This document shows, piece after piece, positions 9,106 to 18,337 of a DNA stretch of 64,000 nt. Numbering within the stretch: the stretch's first letter is position 1; each line of letters opens with the position of its first letter. Source of the stretch: Planctomycetota bacterium (lineage in GTDB: Bacteria; Planctomycetota; UBA1135; UBA2386). The stretch covers positions 5,600,001-5,664,000 of the forward strand of contig OZ245838.1 of NCBI GenBank assembly GCA_965228735.1, written 5' to 3'. The notes under the pieces are model-generated. The model was not told where the DNA came from. It saw only the letters and a list, made by a program, of their open reading frames with translations, and did not search any database. Both the position numbers and the translations under genes were made by a program.

Positions 9106-9840
9106 ATGCGCGCGCTACTCGCAGCCTCGTTCCTCGTCACCGCCTGTGCGCCTTTGCCCGATGGGGCGGCCACGCTTCGGGACGCGTCGACGTACACGCT
9201 CGTTCTCCTGCGCACCGGACCGCGGGCAGAGCCGCTCTCGCGAGAGGAGAGCGCGCGCCACTTCGCCGGCCACTTCAGCAACATGGGGCGGCTCGCGGAG
9301 GCCGGCGACCTGCTGCTGGCCGGGCCGTATGGCCGGCAGAAGTCGGCCGACGATCTGCGCGGCATCTTCGTGCTCGCGACGGCGGACCGCGCGCGGGCGC
9401 GCGAGCTCGCGGAGACCGACCCGTGCTTCCAGGCGGGGATCTTCCGCTTCGAGTATCACGACCTGACGACCGCGTTTCCGCTGCGCGAGTGCGCCGAGTA
9501 CGACAAGCGTCGGCGCGCCGCGGCGGCAGCGTCGGGCAAGCCGATGCGGCCGGGCGATGGCGCGCGCAGCTACGTTCTCGTGACGGTCGCAGACCGGGCC
9601 CGCGCCGGCAAGCTGTTCGGGCACGAGAACGTCGTGCTGCGGGCCGATCTGGATGGCGGCGGCGGTCTCGTGCTGCTCGACAGTTCGGACCACGCGAGCG
9701 CGAGCGCGATGCTCGCGCCGTTCGCCGGCGAACTCGGCGAGCATGGCGTCGACGAGTGGTTCGGCACCGACGCGCTCGTCGGTGCCCGCCGCGCGCGCGC
9801 CGAGGTCGAAGCCGCTGCCGCCGCGGTCGGCGGTCAGTGA
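9106..9840 (+). CDS. YciI (YCII) family putative lipoprotein
   Basis: Lipobox-like VTAC, then GHFSNMGRLAEAGDLLLAGPY, RGIFVL and TDPCFQAG. Confidence 0.78.
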   Translation: MRALLAASFLVTACAPLPDGAATLRDASTYTLVLLRTGPRAEPLSREESARHFAGHFSNMGRLAEAGDLLLAGPYGRQKSADDLRGIFVLATADRARARELAETDPCFQAGIFRFEYHDLTTAFPLRECAEYDKRRRAAAAASGKPMRPGDGARSYVLVTVADRARAGKLFGHENVVLRADLDGGGGLVLLDSSDHASASAMLAPFAGELGEHGVDEWFGTDALVGARRARAEVEAAAAAVGGQ

Positions 9841-9870
9841 CTCCGCGGACCCAGGGCTGTGGATTCCGGG

Positions 9871-11772
9871 CTAAGGCGTGATCGTGATCGCGACCGCGTT
9901 GGTCGCGCCCGCGAAGCCGGTCGCGTCGACGAGCACGGCCGCGAAGTGACCGTTCGATGGCCACAGCAGCCCGCCGGTCGGCAACGTGAACGTCGCGTGA
10001 CCGATTCCGGCCGAATCGAGCGTGCCGAAGAAGCCGCCGAACATCGCGCCGTTCAAGAGCGACAACCCGAGCTGGGTGTGGAAGTCCTGGTTGAGCGGCA
10101 CGGTCGTGCCCGGCGCGAGCGTCGTGCCAGGCGTCGTGCCGGAGCAGCCCCATGCGACCAGGTAGAGCGTGCCGGGTGCGGCGCACGGGGCGACGACCGT
10201 CGGATGCAGCGCGCCACCCGCGCCCGTCGAGATGCTCGCGGCATCGAACGGGTAGACCAGCGGGTCGTCGAACTCGAGCTTGCTGAAGCACGGCCCGCCC
10301 TGTTGGACGAGCGCGATCAAGCGCGTGTTGTCGTTCTCGTTGGTTTCGAGCACGGCGTTCGCCCGGTCGGCGACGGCGGTGATGAAGTGCACCCCGGGCG
10401 CGAGGCGCCACGGTGCGTCGGCGACGTGCGCCAGGGCCTGCTGCTGGTTGGCCTGCAGCCCGGTGATCGTCGCGCTGCCGAGATAGACGTCGTTCGGCGA
10501 CCAACTCTGCGTCGCCGAGAGGAAGAACTCGACGTCGAACGACGCTGTCGCGGGGCCGGCGTTGTCCACCGTGTAGTTCAACGTCATCGTCTCGCCGGGC
10601 GAGACGTAGACGTCCTGGATCGACATCATCGGGATCGACAGTTGGGCGGCGGTCGGGTCGACGATGTCGAGGGTCCAGCTGTGCTCGTGCACCATGACCG
10701 CGGCCGGATCGACGCGAACGATGCTGGTGTTGTCGAGCACGCGGCACGTCACCGTGTGCTGGCCGAGCGCGAGTCCCGTCGTGTCGACGTTGTGGCTCGT
10801 CGTCGTCGCGCCAGGGATGACCTGGCCGTCGAGTTCCCACTCGAGCGTCGGCGCGTTGGCGATCGGCACGAAGTGGGTGAACGAGAACGCCTGCATGGCG
10901 CCGACGTTGACCTGCACCACCTGGTTCGCCGGCGTCGTCGAGTCGATCGCCTGGCAGATCGAGTTGGTCACCCGAGCGATGTTCTCTTGACAGACCGCGC
11001 AGAGCGGCTGGCCGAGCGAGCGCATCAGGCAATTGATGCGCGGGCGGTAGAGCCCGAACTGGTTGTAGCCGGCACCCTGATAGGCGCTCGAGCTGATGCC
11101 GCCCGTGCCCCACCAGTGCGACCACTTCTGGCCGGACGGTGACTTCGTGATGTTGACCTGGTTGGGCTCGGGGCCGGTGTAGGTCTGGCCCGCGTACTCG
11201 TACTCGTCCGCGAGCTGCCCGAGGCTGTGCCCGAGTTCGTGGATCTGCACCTGCGACATCTGCGCGCCGGTGTAGCTCACCGCGAACTGACCCGCGCAGC
11301 CGCCGTAGCGCGTATCGTTGACCATGACGAGCACGCGGCCCTCGGTCGCGGGCGCGAGGGCCGCGTCGGCGAGCGCCTGGGACGCGTTGCCGATGTAGAG
11401 GCAGCGCGGGGTGCCGCCCGTGTTGTACGACGCGTCGTAGACGGTGTTGCGGTAGATCGGCGGGCTGGCGTCCGGATGGTCGGCGCCGCTCTCGGCGCTC
11501 GCGCGGAACACCGTGTGCACGTTGTAGTACGACGCGAACGTCGAGTACGGCGGCGTCGCGAACAACGCCGCGAGGAACGTGGTCACGTCGCTGTCGAACT
11601 TGTTCTGCTCGAACGACTGGTAGCCGTCACCGAGGATGACGATGTCGTAGCGGGTCGACGTCGAGCCGTTGCTCAAGACGGTGTTGACGGTCTGCGCGGG
11701 CAGCGCCGAGCCCAGAGGCAAGGCGGAGGCGAGCAAAACGCCGACGGAGCACAGCATGGTGCGCGCGTTCAT
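9871..11772 (-). CDS. Secreted M64-family metallopeptidase with CARDB-like and C-terminal domains
   Basis: Signal peptide, DIVILGDGY, SAESGAD, YGG, HELGHSLGQLADEY, YRP..NCLMR and C..C. CARDB-like V.N.G...AD..N.V.E.NE.DN. Confidence 0.9.
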   Translation of the reverse strand: MNARTMLCSVGVLLASALPLGSALPAQTVNTVLSNGSTSTRYDIVILGDGYQSFEQNKFDSDVTTFLAALFATPPYSTFASYYNVHTVFRASAESGADHPDASPPIYRNTVYDASYNTGGTPRCLYIGNASQALADAALAPATEGRVLVMVNDTRYGGCAGQFAVSYTGAQMSQVQIHELGHSLGQLADEYEYAGQTYTGPEPNQVNITKSPSGQKWSHWWGTGGISSSAYQGAGYNQFGLYRPRINCLMRSLGQPLCAVCQENIARVTNSICQAIDSTTPANQVVQVNVGAMQAFSFTHFVPIANAPTLEWELDGQVIPGATTTSHNVDTTGLALGQHTVTCRVLDNTSIVRVDPAAVMVHEHSWTLDIVDPTAAQLSIPMMSIQDVYVSPGETMTLNYTVDNAGPATASFDVEFFLSATQSWSPNDVYLGSATITGLQANQQQALAHVADAPWRLAPGVHFITAVADRANAVLETNENDNTRLIALVQQGGPCFSKLEFDDPLVYPFDAASISTGAGGALHPTVVAPCAAPGTLYLVAWGCSGTTPGTTLAPGTTVPLNQDFHTQLGLSLLNGAMFGGFFGTLDSAGIGHATFTLPTGGLLWPSNGHFAAVLVDATGFAGATNAVAITITP

Positions 11773-12320
11773 CGGCCACCTCCCGCGAGGTCGTGCACGC
11801 GCAGCGCGGTCGAGCTGCCGACGACGACGTCGCCGTGCAGCAGGACGTAGTTCGTCGCGCCTTCGACGCAGGGCACGCTGGCGAGCAGACCGACGCGCGC
11901 ATCCTTGACCATGCAGCCCTGCACCTGCACGCCCTTGCCCTGCCGCTCCGGTCGCAGGTCGAACGCGGACAGGTCGAGCGGCACCTGCTGCAGCTCGGTG
12001 CCCTTGCCGTCGCGGATCGACAGTCGCCAGTCGCTGCGCAGACCCTTCGGCACGCCGCCCCAACCGGCCTCCTTGTGGCTCGCGTGGGTGATCGCGAGCC
12101 CGGTGCGGTCGCCTTCGATCACCAGCACGTAATGGCCGGCCGCGGGCAGCGTGACCGGCGGCGTCACGGCCGGCTCTGCGATCGGCGTCGCGACCGCCGG
12201 GGTCGCGGTGGCGGCCGCCCGATCGTGAGTCCGCTCCGGACGGTTGCCGGCGTCGGCCACGAAGAAGGTCGCCACGACCGCGCAGAGCGCCGTGGCACCG
12301 ATCCAATGGAGTCGTTGCAT
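11769..12320 (-). CDS. Hypothetical membrane-anchored or secreted protein coupled to the M64 peptidase
   Basis: N-terminal hydrophobic segment and Ala/Pro linker. Its stop overlaps the peptidase start (ATGA). Confidence 0.7.
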   Translation of the reverse strand: MQRLHWIGATALCAVVATFFVADAGNRPERTHDRAAATATPAVATPIAEPAVTPPVTLPAAGHYVLVIEGDRTGLAITHASHKEAGWGGVPKGLRSDWRLSIRDGKGTELQQVPLDLSAFDLRPERQGKGVQVQGCMVKDARVGLLASVPCVEGATNYVLLHGDVVVGSSTALRVHDLAGGGR

Positions 12321-12390
12321 GGGGGTGGAGGGGCGGACCCGAGAAGTATAGCGAGTGGAAACGGCCGCGGCCTCACGCCAGCATGGCCGG

Positions 12391-13509
12391 ATGAACTTCA
12401 CGGGGGACTTCACCGGCCACGCCATCTTGGCTCCGCTGACCAAGGGCGGCAATCTGCCGTTTCGGCGGCTGTGTCTGGCCCATGGCGCCGTGGTCACGAT
12501 GGGGGAGATGGCGTATGCGCGTCAGATCGTGCGGCGCAGCCGCAGCGAGTTGCCGCTGCTGCGTAAGCATCAGGATGAGACGTGCTTCGGGGTGCAGCTC
12601 GCCGCCGTCAAGCCGGACGAGGCCGTCAAGGCCAGCCTGACGGCGGTCGAGCAGGGCGCGAGCTGGATCGACATCAACTGCGGCTGCCCGATCCGCGACG
12701 TCGTGCGGCGCGGCATGGGCGCCGTTCTCATGCGCAAGTCGGGCGCGCTCGGTCGGCTCGTCGAGGCGATGACCGCGGCGCTGCCCGTGCCGGTGACGGT
12801 CAAGCTGCGGCTCGGCTGGTCCGAGAGCTACACCGTGCACGAGGTCGCGCGCATCGCGGAGGAGGCCGGAGCCGCGGCGATCGGTGTGCACGGTCGCACG
12901 CGCGAGCAGCGTTATTCCAAGGCCGCCGACTGGGACGCGATCGCCGAGGTCGCGGCCGCCCGTTCGGTGCCGGTCATCGGCAACGGCGATCTGTTCACGT
13001 TCTACGAGGTCGAACGGCGGTGGCAGGAGAGCGGCGTCGCGTCGGTCATGCTCGGGCGCGGCGCGCTCATCAAGCCGTGGATCTTCCGCGAGATCGCCGA
13101 GGGGCGCGCGATCGAGCCGGACGCGCGCGAGCGGCTCGGCATCGCACTGGAGCTCGCGGGCTACATGAAGGCGCACTTCCGCGACGACGAGAAGGGGCGG
13201 GAGCGGGCCATGCGCTTCCTGCCCTGGCACCTCGGCTTCTTCTGCCGTTACCGCCCGTTCCCGCGTGACGAGTTCGAGGCGGAGTCACGCGAGCATCCGT
13301 TGATGCAGACACGGCAGAGCGACCCCGACGACCTGCCGGTGCTCGAGCGGCTGCTGCGCGATCCGCGCGACGAAGTGCACGAACGGCTGGCGGCGCTGCT
13401 GCTCGATGCGGTCGATCTCGACGGCGCGGTTGCGGGGGCCGAGGCGCTAGCGGTCGAGCTGCCGCCCGAGAGCGGCGAGGCGGGCGAGGTCGCGACCGCG
13501 CACGGGTGA
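12391..13509 (+). CDS. tRNA-dihydrouridine synthase (Dus3-like)
   Basis: LAPLTKGGNLPFRRLC, DINCGCP, TVKLRLGW, VHGRTREQRY, IGNGD and MLGRGALIKPWIF motifs. Confidence 0.92.
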   Translation: MNFTGDFTGHAILAPLTKGGNLPFRRLCLAHGAVVTMGEMAYARQIVRRSRSELPLLRKHQDETCFGVQLAAVKPDEAVKASLTAVEQGASWIDINCGCPIRDVVRRGMGAVLMRKSGALGRLVEAMTAALPVPVTVKLRLGWSESYTVHEVARIAEEAGAAAIGVHGRTREQRYSKAADWDAIAEVAAARSVPVIGNGDLFTFYEVERRWQESGVASVMLGRGALIKPWIFREIAEGRAIEPDARERLGIALELAGYMKAHFRDDEKGRERAMRFLPWHLGFFCRYRPFPRDEFEAESREHPLMQTRQSDPDDLPVLERLLRDPRDEVHERLAALLLDAVDLDGAVAGAEALAVELPPESGEAGEVATAHG

Positions 13510-13530
13510 ATGATTGCCGGAGGATCGGTG

Positions 13531-13875
13531 ATGAGTACGAATCGCGAAGTGGATGAACGACCGAGCTACCGACCCGCGGCGCGCGGACTGCTGTTCGGAT
13601 TGGCCGCGACCGGTCTGCGACTCGGCGCGATCGGGACGATCTTCCTGTTCTTCCTCACGCAGGACGGTGGTTTTCGACCCGATGTCACGCGGATGGCCAT
13701 CGCGCTGCTCGTGCTCGATGCCCTCGCCGTCACATGCGCGCTGATCGGGGTCGGCTACAGCGCGATCGCGTGGCATCGCGGTGCGCGCGGCGCGCAGGTG
13801 TGGTTCGCCTGGGTATTCAGCGTCGTCGGCGTCGTCGGGCGGATCGAGACGTTCTCCTACGCGTCGCTCGGCTGA
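13531..13875 (+). CDS. Small hypothetical membrane protein (3 TM)
   Basis: RBS GGAGGA and three hydrophobic segments. Confidence 0.65.
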   Translation: MSTNREVDERPSYRPAARGLLFGLAATGLRLGAIGTIFLFFLTQDGGFRPDVTRMAIALLVLDALAVTCALIGVGYSAIAWHRGARGAQVWFAWVFSVVGVVGRIETFSYASLG

Positions 13876-13905
13876 GCGTCGGCAGGCCTCGGTCGCGACT
13901 GCCGG

Positions 13906-15303
13906 TCAGTCCACGAGGGTGAGCGCGAAGACGCCCGGGTCGCCCGTGCGGACCGCGGCCTGCAGCGCCATGGATCGATCGATCGCGCGCGCCGCGTAGC
14001 CGAACGGCAGCGTCGGGCCATCGAGATCGACCCAGCGCGGGCGCGCGGCCCGACGATCGACCTCGCAGCGGACCCGGCCGACGAGGTCGCGGTCATTGGT
14101 CGCGCTCGCGAGCGCGGCGAGGTTGGTCGCGGCGGGAACGTACGACGGCGACACCTCGAGCGCGCGGTGCAAGAGCCGCCAAGCGGTCTCGCCGCCCTCG
14201 TTGCCCTGCCATCGCAGCGTCGCGAGCGCGAGCAGGTTGAGCGTGCGCGGATCGTCGGGCGCGAGGTGGTTCGCCGCGAGTGCGGCAGCGGCGATGTTCT
14301 CGCCCGGGGCCCAGGTGAGCAGCATCGCGACCGCGCGACCGAGAACGCGATCCGCTTCGCTGCTCTGCGGTCGGCCGGGGCCGGGTCGTTGCAGCACGTT
14401 CTGAAGGTCGCCGATGCGGCGCCCGAGGCGGTGATCCTGCACGCGGCGATGGCCCGCGGCCGCGATCCGTTCCCGGCGGTCGTCGTCGCCGAGCAGATCG
14501 ATGACCACCTGCTCGAAGTCGTCGTCGTCGTAGAGCACGCACTCCTCGTCGGGCTCGAAGAAGTCGCGCACCTCGAGGTTGTCGCGCTCCATCATCAGCA
14601 CGGCGCCGCAGGCCGGCACCTCGAAGCCGCGCAGGTTCATCTCGCCGCGAATGCTGCGATTCCAGCCGATCTTGCAACGGTTGAGGAACTGGCCGTAGGC
14701 CCGGCCGAACTGACCCGACACGAGTTCCGCGCCAACGCCACGGTTGCCGAGGTCGCGCACGCGGTCGAGCCACGGCGCGCGTTCACGCTGCACCGCCGGG
14801 TTGAGGTTGCCCGCGAACCCGATGTCGATGTCGCGCGTTCGGATCTCCGGCATCCGGTGGTGGAACGGCCGTTTGTGGGCGTACTGGCACCAGTAGCGCA
14901 CGTCGGCGAACGACAGATTGGCGAACAGCTCCTGGCCTGCGCGGTCGCACAGGATCGTGTCGAAGAACGGCCACAGGCCCGCGATGTACGGCAGCGCGAG
15001 GTTGTAGTCGGAGATCACGCCGACGATCGGCACGGGGCAGTGTTCGAGGCCGGCCGGCAGCGGTTCCTGGTCCGGCCAGTAGATCAGGATGAGATCGGGG
15101 ACGAACCCCGCTGGCAGCTTCCGTTCGAGCTCGTCCCAGCTGCCCGCCGACGGGTCGAACTCGACGTCGTACGGGAAGTGCACACCGTCGACCATCATGC
15201 GATCGGCGGGGCCGTACGTGACGAGTTCGATGTCGGCGAGCGCCTCGCGTTCGTCGAAACACTCGAGCGGCAGGTTGCAGAGGATGCGCACCGCTCCGCT
15301 CAC
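13906..15303 (-). CDS. Glycosyltransferase (CgeB/Glyco_trans_1_2-like) with TPR
   Basis: RDIDIGFAG, KIGWN, MNLRGFEVPACGAVL and R.RIAAAG.RRV motifs, plus TPR-like C-terminal helices. Confidence 0.85.
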   Translation of the reverse strand: MSGAVRILCNLPLECFDEREALADIELVTYGPADRMMVDGVHFPYDVEFDPSAGSWDELERKLPAGFVPDLILIYWPDQEPLPAGLEHCPVPIVGVISDYNLALPYIAGLWPFFDTILCDRAGQELFANLSFADVRYWCQYAHKRPFHHRMPEIRTRDIDIGFAGNLNPAVQRERAPWLDRVRDLGNRGVGAELVSGQFGRAYGQFLNRCKIGWNRSIRGEMNLRGFEVPACGAVLMMERDNLEVRDFFEPDEECVLYDDDDFEQVVIDLLGDDDRRERIAAAGHRRVQDHRLGRRIGDLQNVLQRPGPGRPQSSEADRVLGRAVAMLLTWAPGENIAAAALAANHLAPDDPRTLNLLALATLRWQGNEGGETAWRLLHRALEVSPSYVPAATNLAALASATNDRDLVGRVRCEVDRRAARPRWVDLDGPTLPFGYAARAIDRSMALQAAVRTGDPGVFALTLVD

Positions 15304-16793
15304 GCCGCCGTGAGGTCGGTCAGGTTGTTGCGGGCGTCGCCGTGGTCGGGGTCGAGCGCGAGCGCGCTCTCGAATGCCTTGCGCGCGCCGCGCCTGTCGC
15401 CGGCCTGATAGAGCACCATGCCGAGGCGGTTGAACGCGTCACCCGTGCGGCCGCCGACCGCGATCGCGGCCCGGAACGCCTGCGCGGCGTCGTGATAGCG
15501 CTGCAGCGCGTGCAGGGCAGTGCCGCGCAGCTCGTGCAGTTCTTCGTCGTCGCAGCCGGTGCGGGCGAGCGTGTCGAGCGCGGTGAGTGCGGTGTCGAAC
15601 TCGCCAGCCGCGAGCTGTTCGCGCGCCGCCCGGCAGATCGACGCCGGGTCGACGGTGTCGTTCGGGAGCAGTGCCGGGATCGGCGCGGGTGCGGGCGGTT
15701 CGTTCGAAGGCCGATCGCCCGGCATCGAAGCCGCGACGGCGACCGGCGCGTTGCGTTCCGCGATGATGGTCTGCAGGGCCCGCTCGAGTTCGCGGCCGTG
15801 GGCGTCCTTGTCGTAGCGTGAGGCGACCTCGAGGCCGGCCTCGCGCAGGCGCGCCCGCACGTCGGGCACGCGGCCCGCGACGACGATCGCCTCGGCCATC
15901 GCCGCGGGGTCGTTCGGCGGCACGAAGAGCGCGTAGTGGTCCCGGTCGCTGCCGATCTGCTTGCTGCCGTGACTGCGGAAGCACGGGATGTCGGTCAGCA
16001 CGGTCGGGACGCCGCACGCCATCGCCTCGATCGCCGGCAGGAAGAAGCCCTCCTCGGGGCCGACGCTCGTCGCGATGAACAGATCGAGCGAGCGGTAGTA
16101 GTCGCCCATCTTCGACGGCTCGACCTGCTCGTGCCACTCGATCGTGAGATCGCCGGTGTGCTCCGCGACGTCGGGCGTCGTATTGGTCGCGCGCACGAGC
16201 ACGAGGTCCTGACCGGCGGCCTGCGCGAGGCGGCAGGCGTCGTAGCCGGTCGGCAGTCCCTTCCAGCTGATCTGGTACGGCCCGACGAGACCGACGCGAA
16301 GCGGCGATCCGGGCGCCCGCTCCGGCGCCGGGTAGTGCACGCTGCTGTCGATCGCGTAGACGATCTGGCGACTCTCGATGCCGAAGCGTTCGCGGAGCAG
16401 CGCGGTCAGGTTGTCGCTGATCGTGATGTGCTCGACGCCGGGGAGTCGATACGCGGACTCGATCCGCTCCCGCAGCGCGGCGTTCTCCTTCTGGTCGCCC
16501 TCGTAGCCCTGGCAGTAGTGCACGGGGACGCCCTTCTCCGGCCCCGCGGCAGCGGCCCACGGCACGGTCGTCCAGAACGTGCCGATCACGACGTCCGCAT
16601 CCGGCAGGTTCTCCGCCTGGAAGTCGCTGACCTGCTGAAACTCGCACGAGAGCGGCAGCCAGCTCGGCGCTGCCGAGCGGGACACGACCGTGACCGTGTG
16701 GCCCTGCTCCTGCAGCCAGTTCGCGTCTTCGAGCGCGACCTTCACGCCGCCCCAGATCTGGGACGCGTCTTCGAGTAGCCAGGTGATTCGCAT
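15300..16793 (-). CDS. GT4 family glycosyltransferase with C-terminal TPRs
   Basis: WGGVKV, DVVIGTFWTT, HYCQGYE and EEGFFLPAIEAMACG.P motifs. The TPR region ends ALALDPDH.DA..NL. Confidence 0.9.
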   Translation of the reverse strand: MRITWLLEDASQIWGGVKVALEDANWLQEQGHTVTVVSRSAAPSWLPLSCEFQQVSDFQAENLPDADVVIGTFWTTVPWAAAAGPEKGVPVHYCQGYEGDQKENAALRERIESAYRLPGVEHITISDNLTALLRERFGIESRQIVYAIDSSVHYPAPERAPGSPLRVGLVGPYQISWKGLPTGYDACRLAQAAGQDLVLVRATNTTPDVAEHTGDLTIEWHEQVEPSKMGDYYRSLDLFIATSVGPEEGFFLPAIEAMACGVPTVLTDIPCFRSHGSKQIGSDRDHYALFVPPNDPAAMAEAIVVAGRVPDVRARLREAGLEVASRYDKDAHGRELERALQTIIAERNAPVAVAASMPGDRPSNEPPAPAPIPALLPNDTVDPASICRAAREQLAAGEFDTALTALDTLARTGCDDEELHELRGTALHALQRYHDAAQAFRAAIAVGGRTGDAFNRLGMVLYQAGDRRGARKAFESALALDPDHGDARNNLTDLTAA

Positions 16794-16808
16794 GTTGCCT
16801 CTCCGGCT

Positions 16809-16839
16809 TCATCGGCCCGTTGGCATGGGCGGACTTGAG
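16809..16839 (-). promoter_or_regulatory. Sigma28-like promoter of the glycosyltransferase pair
   Basis: CTCAAG-N17-GCCGATGA just upstream of the RBS. The spacer is longer than canonical. Confidence 0.35.
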
Positions 16840-16933
16840 CCGATCGGCGCCAGAACGGCAGGCGAGCAACGGCCGGGGCGGCCGGGCGCGGGCGGGGTGC
16901 TACGATCCCAGCACCTTGAGCCGTTCCGCCGGC

Positions 16934-18337
16934 ATGCTCGCCCTGTTCGTTCTCGCTGCGGTGATCGCGGTGGCGGCCGGGTTCGCGGGGAGCGACCCGG
17001 ACCTCGCCGGTTCCGCGCCGTCGGCGGCGAGCGACGCCCGTGATCGGGCGGGGGCCGCGGCGCCCGATGTCGCCCGCGCGGACGGGGCGGTCGCCGAGCG
17101 GCCGGACCCGACCGGGTCGGTCGCGCGCGACATCCGGACCGACGGGGGCGGCGCGGACCAGGCCGGCGATCCCGCAGCGGCTCCGCCCGCGCCGGCGGGC
17201 GACGGCTACGAACTGCGCGGTCGCGTGTTCGCGTTCGACAACGAGCCCATCGCGGCGGCCCGCGTGCTGTTGTTACCGCCGCTCGTCGGGCGCTCGGTGC
17301 CGCCCGCGGCGGTCGGCGGCGCCACGCCGAACGTGACCACGACGGCGGACGGGCGCTTCGCGATCCGGTTTCGGGACGCGCGGGCCCGCGACGTCGTCGT
17401 CGCGGCGGCGGGATTCGCGCCGGTCGTCGTCGCCGGGTTCGATCCGGCCGCGGTGCGAGCACCCGGCTTCGAGCTCGCGGTGCGCCTGCCTCGCGGCGCG
17501 ACGGTTCACGGCTCGGTGCGCGATGAGGCGGGGCAGCAACGCGCTGGAGTCCGCGTCGAGGCGTGGCTCGAACGCACCGCGCCGGTCGTCGCGAGATCCG
17601 AGCTCGGCCCCCGGCCGCTGTGTCCCGGTGGGCAGTTCGTGGCCGCGGTCGACACGGCCTTGGACGGCAGCTTTCGGTTCGACTCGTTGCCGGGCGGCGC
17701 CGTCGTCGTCGGCGTCGCGCCGACCCATGGCGGCGAGCGGCAGCGGCTCACCCTCGGGGCCGGCGAGCGCCGGCACGTCGACCTGCGCTTGCGCGACCCC
17801 GGCGACATCCGCGGAACGGCGGATCCTGGCTCGCTCGTCGTGCTGTACTCCGCGGCCGTCAAACGGTTCGCGACACCCGACGCCGAGCGGGCGTTCGCGT
17901 TCGTCGGCGTGCCGCCGGGCGACTGGTTGTTGTGCGCGGTGTGCGAGCCGGTCGGCGACAACGTTCACGCCATCGTGCAGGAATTCCTCGTCACCGGCCG
18001 CTCGACGTTGGCCCGCGAAGTCACCGTCGTGAGCGGCGAGACGCAGCTCGTGGAGCTGCCGCCGGCGCGAGCGTGCACCGGGACCGTGCGCGGTTCGGCG
18101 TGGCACGACGGCCGTCCGGCGGCAGGCGGCGAGGTGATCCTGCGACCCGTGAACGAGGTCGGGGCGCACGTGCGGCGGGGGATCATCGCCGAAGACGGCA
18201 GCTTCGAAGTGCCGAACGTTCCGGGCGGATCCTACGACGCGGAGCTCGTGCCGGCCGGCCGCGAGTCGCCCGCGTCGCGCCAGGCCTGCCGCGTGCGGAT
18301 CGGGCTCGTGACCGAGCTCAAGCTGACCTCGCGGTGA
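16934..18337 (+). CDS. Membrane-anchored CarboxypepD_reg-like repeat protein
   Basis: N-terminal TM helix, Ala/Pro linker and LRGRV..D.EPI..ARV / T.ADGRF repeats. The start is uncertain. Confidence 0.8.
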   Translation: MLALFVLAAVIAVAAGFAGSDPDLAGSAPSAASDARDRAGAAAPDVARADGAVAERPDPTGSVARDIRTDGGGADQAGDPAAAPPAPAGDGYELRGRVFAFDNEPIAAARVLLLPPLVGRSVPPAAVGGATPNVTTTADGRFAIRFRDARARDVVVAAAGFAPVVVAGFDPAAVRAPGFELAVRLPRGATVHGSVRDEAGQQRAGVRVEAWLERTAPVVARSELGPRPLCPGGQFVAAVDTALDGSFRFDSLPGGAVVVGVAPTHGGERQRLTLGAGERRHVDLRLRDPGDIRGTADPGSLVVLYSAAVKRFATPDAERAFAFVGVPPGDWLLCAVCEPVGDNVHAIVQEFLVTGRSTLAREVTVVSGETQLVELPPARACTGTVRGSAWHDGRPAAGGEVILRPVNEVGAHVRRGIIAEDGSFEVPNVPGGSYDAELVPAGRESPASRQACRVRIGLVTELKLTSR

